Source: Pelagibacteraceae bacterium (lineage in GTDB: Bacteria; Pseudomonadota; Alphaproteobacteria; Pelagibacterales; Pelagibacteraceae). From it: a stretch of DNA of 64,000 nucleotides. Location of the stretch: NCBI GenBank assembly GCA_016777565.1, contig JADHRF010000001.1, forward strand, positions 26,406 through 90,405, given 5' to 3'. Shown here piece by piece: positions 58,523-64,000 of the stretch. How positions within the stretch are numbered: position 1 is the stretch's first letter; every line of letters begins with the position of its first letter. The notes beneath the pieces were generated by a model, which saw nothing but the letters and a program-made list of their open reading frames with translations, was not told the DNA's origin and ran no database searches. Position numbers and translations under genes: made by a program.

Positions 58523-58576
58523 GTTCAAATATTGAACTGTAAAGATGTTTATCCATAAATCGTTCAATTATTGAAC
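58523..58576. promoter_or_regulatory. Two palindromic operators GTTCAA-N3-TTGAAC
   Basis: GTTCAAATATTGAAC at 58523-58537 and GTTCAATTATTGAAC at 58562-58576, directly upstream of the MarR gene. Confidence 0.75.
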
Positions 58577-58666
58577 TTTACATACCTACTTTTTTTGCTA
58601 GGTGGTTTTTGAGCTATTTTATTAAATAGAATTTAGAATAATTATAAGTTCTACGAACACATGATG

Positions 58667-59581
58667 TTATTTATTGTTCTCTAATTTATAGAATTTTATA
58701 GTTTTATTTAAACCTTGATTGAATGTAGTTTTTGGTTTCCATTTTAAAATTTTATAGGCATTTATAATGTTGGGGTAAATTACTTTTTGCTCATCTTTTC
58801 TTAATTTGATTTTTCCATAATTTGGTGTTTTTGCCTTGAATAACTTGACTATTTTTAAAATTATTTTTTTTAATTTCATGCTTTTTCCAGAGCCTACGTT
58901 TATAATTCTACCTTTGTTAATTTTAGCCTCAAATGCTTTAAAAAAAGCAGCGATTAAATCTTCTATGAATAAAAAATCTCTAAATTGATTGCCGTCGGAA
59001 CAATCAAAAATTTTTCTTTTTAAACATGCGGAAATTAATTGTGGCAAAAATCGATTTCTATCCTGATGAGGTCCATAAACCTGATACAATCTAAATATTA
59101 TAAATTTTAATTCTTTATTTTTTTTTTTGAATAAATATTTAGAGGCCATAAGTTTAGCTTTGCCATAGTGATTGACAGGTTTTCCTTTCAAACTTTCTGT
59201 TTGTGGAGATCTTAATCCTGAATTTTCTGATGAGCTGCCAATTTGTACAAATAGTTGAATATTTTTTTTCAAAAAATAATTCACTAAATTTCTACAGCCT
59301 ATATAGTGACTTTTGTAAGTTTTATCTTTATTTTTATGATCGACGTATCCGCCTAGATTTACTACAAAATCATATTCACTATTAATTTTTTTTTTGATTT
59401 CATTAATTTTACTTATATCGCATAAAATATATTTAATTTTTTTTAATGCTCTTGTTTTCTTTGGTTTTTTTATTGAGATACTTGTAACAGACCAATTTCT
59501 TTTCAAGCATGCTTTACATAAGTGGTAGCCTATAAAACCGGTTCCGCCAACAATAAGTATTTTAATTTTTTTTTTCAACAT
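58667..59581 (-). CDS. NAD-dependent epimerase/reductase (possibly CDP-dideoxyhexose synthase-like)
   Basis: GGTGFIG, GSSSE, YGKAK, R..QVYGP, RDFL. Confidence 0.85.
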   Translation of the reverse strand: MLKKKIKILIVGGTGFIGYHLCKACLKRNWSVTSISIKKPKKTRALKKIKYILCDISKINEIKKKINSEYDFVVNLGGYVDHKNKDKTYKSHYIGCRNLVNYFLKKNIQLFVQIGSSSENSGLRSPQTESLKGKPVNHYGKAKLMASKYLFKKKNKELKFIIFRLYQVYGPHQDRNRFLPQLISACLKRKIFDCSDGNQFRDFLFIEDLIAAFFKAFEAKINKGRIINVGSGKSMKLKKIILKIVKLFKAKTPNYGKIKLRKDEQKVIYPNIINAYKILKWKPKTTFNQGLNKTIKFYKLENNK

Positions 59582-59601
59582 TTTGATAATTAAGATTAAA
59601 T

Positions 59602-60780
59602 CTAATAGTCTTTTTTAAGCGGGACGCCTATCTTTTTTAAATTTTTAATTAATACTTCATTATATGGGTTAAATTTTATTATTTTTTCTAAACCGATATC
59701 CTTTAATAGCTTATCCCATGAATTCTCATCTATACTAATTAAATAGTTCAGCTTTTCCTCCATTTTTTTTTCATCGTGTTCACTTGTCCAAAATTCTCCT
59801 TCCTGATTTAAGTTTAGAGGATATCCAAATTTTTCAGGAATCCAATATGTTTTTGTTTTTAAGTTAGTGACATAGTTTTTTTTACACCACTCCTTTGAGT
59901 AAGAACCTAAAGGGAAAAAAACAACCTTCTTTTTTCTGCTCAGAGCTTCGTAGCCTAAAGTAGAATCTATTGAAACAATATATTCAGAGGATAGTACTTT
60001 GCGATAATGAGCAGTGTCTCCTAAAGCACCAAGATCTTCTCTTGGAAAGTAGTTCCAGTCTGATTGACCTAAAATTGCTTCATAGTGTTTTTTATTTTTT
60101 TTATCTGACGCTAAAACCCTTGTAGAGATTGAGAGTGTAAGATTTTTTTTTAAACAATATCGCTTTAAAAATTTAATTATTATTCTTTCAATTTCAGGAA
60201 AAGGTCTTTTTGGTTTGTGTTGTGAAATAAAAACTAAAGAATTTTTTTTGATAGAATTATTATCATCAAAAACTATTCGGTTGTTTGAAAGGCTTCCAAT
60301 TGCAAAACATTTACCTTTAATATATTTCGAATACACTTTTGCAGTTTCTTCTCCCTGCAAGTACATTTCGTCAACATCGTAATCATTATTTAGACTCTGA
60401 AAATATTTAAAATGGCCTTCTATTGTTTTTCCCCATTGTATCAATATATTTTTTGTATTTTTTATAAATTTTTTTAATTCATAAAAATTTTTATTGTCGC
60501 ATCTGTAGGTAATAATAAATTTGGGATTTATGTATTTTATATAAGTAATTCGATAGTTGTGTGTTATATTTGAAAAACCGTTTAAAAATATTGATTTAAA
60601 TAAAATAAATAAATTTAATTCTTCTCCTCTATTATAAAAAATTGAACACTTGTCAAAATTTAAAAAATTTAATTGTTCAGCCCCATGATCATATATGAGT
60701 ACCTCTGAGGACTTTGGAGGTTTAATTTTATATTTTGTCTTGAATAAGAGACTTAAATAATAAAAAATATTTTCAAACAT
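59602..60780 (-). CDS. Surface-carbohydrate biosynthesis protein (LA_1612-like; putative transferase)
   Basis: P.KS.VLIYD, RGEELN, IG..NN, FISQ, IDSTLGYEALSR.KKV. Confidence 0.55.
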   Translation of the reverse strand: MFENIFYYLSLLFKTKYKIKPPKSSEVLIYDHGAEQLNFLNFDKCSIFYNRGEELNLFILFKSIFLNGFSNITHNYRITYIKYINPKFIITYRCDNKNFYELKKFIKNTKNILIQWGKTIEGHFKYFQSLNNDYDVDEMYLQGEETAKVYSKYIKGKCFAIGSLSNNRIVFDDNNSIKKNSLVFISQHKPKRPFPEIERIIIKFLKRYCLKKNLTLSISTRVLASDKKNKKHYEAILGQSDWNYFPREDLGALGDTAHYRKVLSSEYIVSIDSTLGYEALSRKKKVVFFPLGSYSKEWCKKNYVTNLKTKTYWIPEKFGYPLNLNQEGEFWTSEHDEKKMEEKLNYLISIDENSWDKLLKDIGLEKIIKFNPYNEVLIKNLKKIGVPLKKDY

Positions 60781-60831
60781 ATTTAAGTAAATTATAATTT
60801 ATAAACAAAAATTCTTTTTGTGAAATTATAT

Positions 60832-61725
60832 TTATATTTTATAATTTTTTTTCCAATCTTTAGCATGTTTGTGACCATGTATTGTACCATTAGCATTACA
60901 ATTTGAGCATGGCTTGTTTTTTCTGTTGCCAGCTAAAAGATCTTTTCGATATTTCCTGTAAATAGGCCCATTCCATATTTCATAAAATTCTGTTTGCATA
61001 ACATTTCCCATAGAAATTCTTCTTTGCCAGTCATGACAACATAAAAAAATATCACCATTCCATTCAATTACAGATGTGTAGGCGGGATAAAAACAGTTTC
61101 TTTTTGGATTTATCTCAGGCTGATTCCCGTATGAATTTGTTCCAGCCCTATTTGTTAGTAGCAGTCCAAAGTCTTCTTCTTTATTATACCAAGTGTTCCT
61201 GAGAACTAAAAAATCTTTTGGAACGCCTGATTTTTTCTCCATCTCTTTAAATTTTTCAATTTGGTGTTCTCCATCATACATACTAATTATTAATTTACTA
61301 AGATTAGAGTCATAATATTCTACGATTTTTTTTTCTGTCAAAGTGTCACCATTGGTTATTAATTCTACTGCACCCAAGACTGAAAGTTTATAAATTATTT
61401 CATGAATTCCATTATGCAAGGTCGGTTCGCCATATCCACTCAGACAAAAAGCACCTTCAAAATTAATTTTTTTTAGATCAATACAGAGTTTATCTACAAG
61501 GACAGTTGTCATTTTTTGATAACTGTTAGGAGCAATACTATCATCCGCTTTGGGGCAAAAAGGGCAAGTACGGTTACATGCATCTATAACGCTTAACTCA
61601 ATCCAACTAGGTATCGGAACGCCTTGATAAAATTGTGTATCTCTATCGAGTATTCGTACTTTTCTCTCAATATTTTTTAATCTTGTTTCTTTGGGATCCC
61701 AATTTCTTAAAATTTTTTTTTCCAT
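60832..61725 (-). CDS. Radical SAM enzyme with SPASM/Twitch domain
   Basis: CNRTCPFC, GYGEP, TNG; C-x17-C...CxxC. Confidence 0.92.
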   Translation of the reverse strand: MEKKILRNWDPKETRLKNIERKVRILDRDTQFYQGVPIPSWIELSVIDACNRTCPFCPKADDSIAPNSYQKMTTVLVDKLCIDLKKINFEGAFCLSGYGEPTLHNGIHEIIYKLSVLGAVELITNGDTLTEKKIVEYYDSNLSKLIISMYDGEHQIEKFKEMEKKSGVPKDFLVLRNTWYNKEEDFGLLLTNRAGTNSYGNQPEINPKRNCFYPAYTSVIEWNGDIFLCCHDWQRRISMGNVMQTEFYEIWNGPIYRKYRKDLLAGNRKNKPCSNCNANGTIHGHKHAKDWKKNYKI

Positions 61726-61823
61726 TTTTTTTGTATAAAGTTATATCTTTTTTACAATTTTTAGTTGTTTGAATTTGATGTCATGTTTTTTTAAATAAAT
61801 AAAGTAAATAATGAAATATATTT

Positions 61824-63644
61824 TTATTCCTCCTGCTTGTTTAAAATTTGATTTAAAATTTTATCTGCTATGTCATTAGAATCTTCTTTTTCTGTACTAA
61901 CTTTCAGAAAAGGATGTTTTGGATCTTCATAAACTCCTTTTAAACCTATATTATTAAATTTTTCATTTTTGGAAGAACTTTTATAAAGATTTTTCTTATC
62001 TCTTTTTTCACAAATTGATAATGGGGTGTTAATGTGAATTTCATAAAATTCTTTATCTGATAACAATGATTTTGCAAATAACCTATCCCTAGCAAAAGGA
62101 GAGATTGCAGCAACTATAACAATTAATCCAGAGTCAATGAATAATTTGCTTACTTCTGCTATTCTTCTAATATTTTCTACCCTGTCATCTGATTTAAAAC
62201 CTAAATCATTATTTAAACCTGATCTAATATTATCACCGTCTAAAATATAAGTATGGAAACCTCTTGCAAGAAGCTTTTCTTCAATTTTGTTTGCTAAAGT
62301 TGATTTACCTGAGCCTGATCTTCCGGTTAACCATATACAAAATGGTTGTTGTTTTTTTATTTTTGATCTTAAATATTTTGTTACCTTACTAACTACAGGA
62401 TAAATTTTTTCTGATTTACGCAGTTTAAAGTTAATTTTACCTGCAGCAATTACATTATTAGTAATATTGTCTATAAATATAAATCTACAAAATTCGTCAA
62501 TTTTTTTTTTTTCTGAAAAAATTATTGGTTTTCTGGTTTGAAATTCTATTATACCAAAGTCGTTAGTGTTAAGCATTGATTTCCTCTTTATATGATTGTG
62601 AACATCTATTACTCCTTTTATTTTTGTAATAATAACCGGTACTTCTTGGTCTACAATTCTAATGATGTACTCACGACCTTTGTAGATAGAATCTTTAGAT
62701 GTTAAAACTACTTTTGAATTAAAATAATCACCTGACTCTAAATTTGTATTTTTCCAAGTAAAAATATTACCTCTTCCAATGTCAAAGTGATCACTTAGTT
62801 CTAATGATGTTTGATTTTTTTTTAAAAAATATTTTTTATTTTTATTACCAGTGTAAACATTAGTCACTTTACAATTTTTTTGAGAGGGAAGAATTAAGAT
62901 ATTTTCGTTCTTTAAAATTTTTCCACTTGCGTTTCCGTAATATATCCTTTTGTCTCTATGTTTAAGAATAGTTTGAACAGAAAAAAAATTGTGTGCTTTG
63001 ATAGTTTTAAGTTTTATATCTTTTAAAATATTTAAAATACTTTTATGATTATACCATTTTTTTTTAGATGAGTTTTTTACTATATTAATTCCTTGCAAAG
63101 CCGAAACTGGAACAAAAAAAGGATTACTAAATTTAAATTCAAAAATATATTCTTTTAATTCGTTGAGAATTTGTAAGTAATTTTTATGATTATATTTGAT
63201 TAAATCAATTTTATTTAAAGCAAATATTACATTTTTGATCTGCAGAAAATCTAAAATCTGTATATGTCTTTTGGTTTGTTCTAATATTCCTTTACTTGCA
63301 TCAATTAATACTATTGCGATTTGACACTCTGAGGCTGCTGTTATTACGTTTCTAGTATATTGATTGTGACCTGGACTGTCATGAAAAATAAATCTCTGGT
63401 TTTTGTAGTCTAAGTATTTATGTGAAACGTCAATTGTTATTCCCTGCTCTACTTCGTCTTCTAAACCGTCATTGAAAAAAGTTAAATCTAAACTTTCCTT
63501 GGTTCTTTTTGTTTTTTTTGATATTTTTTTTATTTTTTCAATTTGATCAAGGCTTATATTGCCTGTTTCAAAATATATTCGTCCTGTTAAAGTTGATTTA
63601 CCATCGTCTACGCTTCCACAAACTACTATTTTCTTTTGAATCAT
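61824..63644 (-). CDS. cysNC: Bifunctional sulfate adenylyltransferase GTPase subunit / APS kinase
   Basis: CGSVDDGKST, QGITIDV, DSPGH.QYTRN, NKID; C-terminal WLTG.SGSGKST, LDGDNIR, R.ENIRR, ISPF. Confidence 0.94.
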   Translation of the reverse strand: MIQKKIVVCGSVDDGKSTLTGRIYFETGNISLDQIEKIKKISKKTKRTKESLDLTFFNDGLEDEVEQGITIDVSHKYLDYKNQRFIFHDSPGHNQYTRNVITAASECQIAIVLIDASKGILEQTKRHIQILDFLQIKNVIFALNKIDLIKYNHKNYLQILNELKEYIFEFKFSNPFFVPVSALQGINIVKNSSKKKWYNHKSILNILKDIKLKTIKAHNFFSVQTILKHRDKRIYYGNASGKILKNENILILPSQKNCKVTNVYTGNKNKKYFLKKNQTSLELSDHFDIGRGNIFTWKNTNLESGDYFNSKVVLTSKDSIYKGREYIIRIVDQEVPVIITKIKGVIDVHNHIKRKSMLNTNDFGIIEFQTRKPIIFSEKKKIDEFCRFIFIDNITNNVIAAGKINFKLRKSEKIYPVVSKVTKYLRSKIKKQQPFCIWLTGRSGSGKSTLANKIEEKLLARGFHTYILDGDNIRSGLNNDLGFKSDDRVENIRRIAEVSKLFIDSGLIVIVAAISPFARDRLFAKSLLSDKEFYEIHINTPLSICEKRDKKNLYKSSSKNEKFNNIGLKGVYEDPKHPFLKVSTEKEDSNDIADKILNQILNKQEE

Positions 63645-64000
63645 TAAAAATAACCTTGAATTTTCTTTTTTTCCATACTGTAGGCATCATCATGATCTAT
63701 TAGTCTTCCTTGTCTTTCAGACATTTTTAAAATTTTAATTTCTTTGATTATTTTTTCTATTGTGTCAGCGGAACTCTCAACTGCTGCCGATAACGGATAG
63801 CATCCTAAAGTTCTAAATCTAACTTTCTTTAATAAGGGTTTTTCTTTTTTACTTATAATTAATCTATTGTCGTCAACCATAATTAACTGATTTTTATGAT
63901 TTATGACTTCCCTTTTTTTTGCATAGTAAAGGCTTGGAATTTCAATTTTTTCAATTTTAATGTATTCCCAAATATCTAATTCAGTCCAGTTAGACAGCGG
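63644..64000 (-). CDS. cysD: Sulfate adenylyltransferase subunit 2, C-terminal part (runs off the window end)
   Basis: Frame open to the edge: [14 protein letters not shown]...PSLYYA...[16 protein letters not shown]...SERQGRLID...SMEKKK..GYF. Confidence 0.95.
   Translation of the reverse strand, partial: PLSNWTELDIWEYIKIEKIEIPSLYYAKKREVINHKNQLIMVDDNRLIISKKEKPLLKKVRFRTLGCYPLSAAVESSADTIEKIIKEIKILKMSERQGRLIDHDDAYSMEKKKIQGYF

Larger units (their letters stand above)
42905..64000 (-). other. Surface-glycan/O-antigen hypervariable island (SAR11 HVR2-like), right end outside window
   Basis: Co-oriented, visibly more AT-rich sugar-biosynthesis genes bounded by tRNA-Val and the unlinked 5S rRNA. Confidence 0.85.

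Noticed and set aside
58508-58567. N-terminal 20 aa of the 124-aa MarR ORF in the track
   Set aside because: TTG start; the extension spans the palindromic operators, and family similarity begins near ATG 58507
58584-58610. Weak hairpin ACCTA-N10-TAGGT after the epimerase gene
   Set aside because: Short stem, large loop and no U-tract on the coding strand; not supportable as a terminator

Overview
Very AT-rich, tightly packed alphaproteobacterial DNA. Gene content and layout point to Pelagibacteraceae (SAR11); this is inferred from synteny, the 5S rRNA unlinked from 16S/23S, and the adjacent glycosylation island. Positions 1-35108 are mostly core genome: dxs-ispA-xseB, sua5, an ABC-2 exporter, a small glycosylation cassette at tRNA-Arg(UCG), rluD-rpoH, purA-thiD-glmM-folP-ftsH-tilS, tol-pal, a RuvC/MOC1-like resolvase, yebC, ymdB, ygfA, zapA, tkt-pgk-fba-thiE-efp-suhB, rpmE, trcR, rpsU, csp, tRNA-fMet and typA. 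Positions 35105-39586 hold an accessory five-gene cassette (KdsB-like cytidylyltransferase, BtrN-like radical SAM enzyme, SDR, orphan GT-B-like protein, transaldolase) coupled to the end of the 5S-rpmJ-ctaH-pntAB unit. This is the best candidate for an undescribed sugar-biosynthesis system. From 42905 to the end lies a surface-glycan island resembling SAR11 HVR2, with an acetamidino-legionaminic acid pathway, CDP-sugar genes, an EPS-associated MarR regulator with two palindromic operators, a second radical SAM paralog, and cysD/cysNC. Features missing from the ORF track were read by hand: partial dxs, rpsU with an ATT start, rpmJ, ctaH, the full in-window cysD frame, three tRNAs and the 5S rRNA. 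All calls rest on motif recognition by eye; no searches were run.
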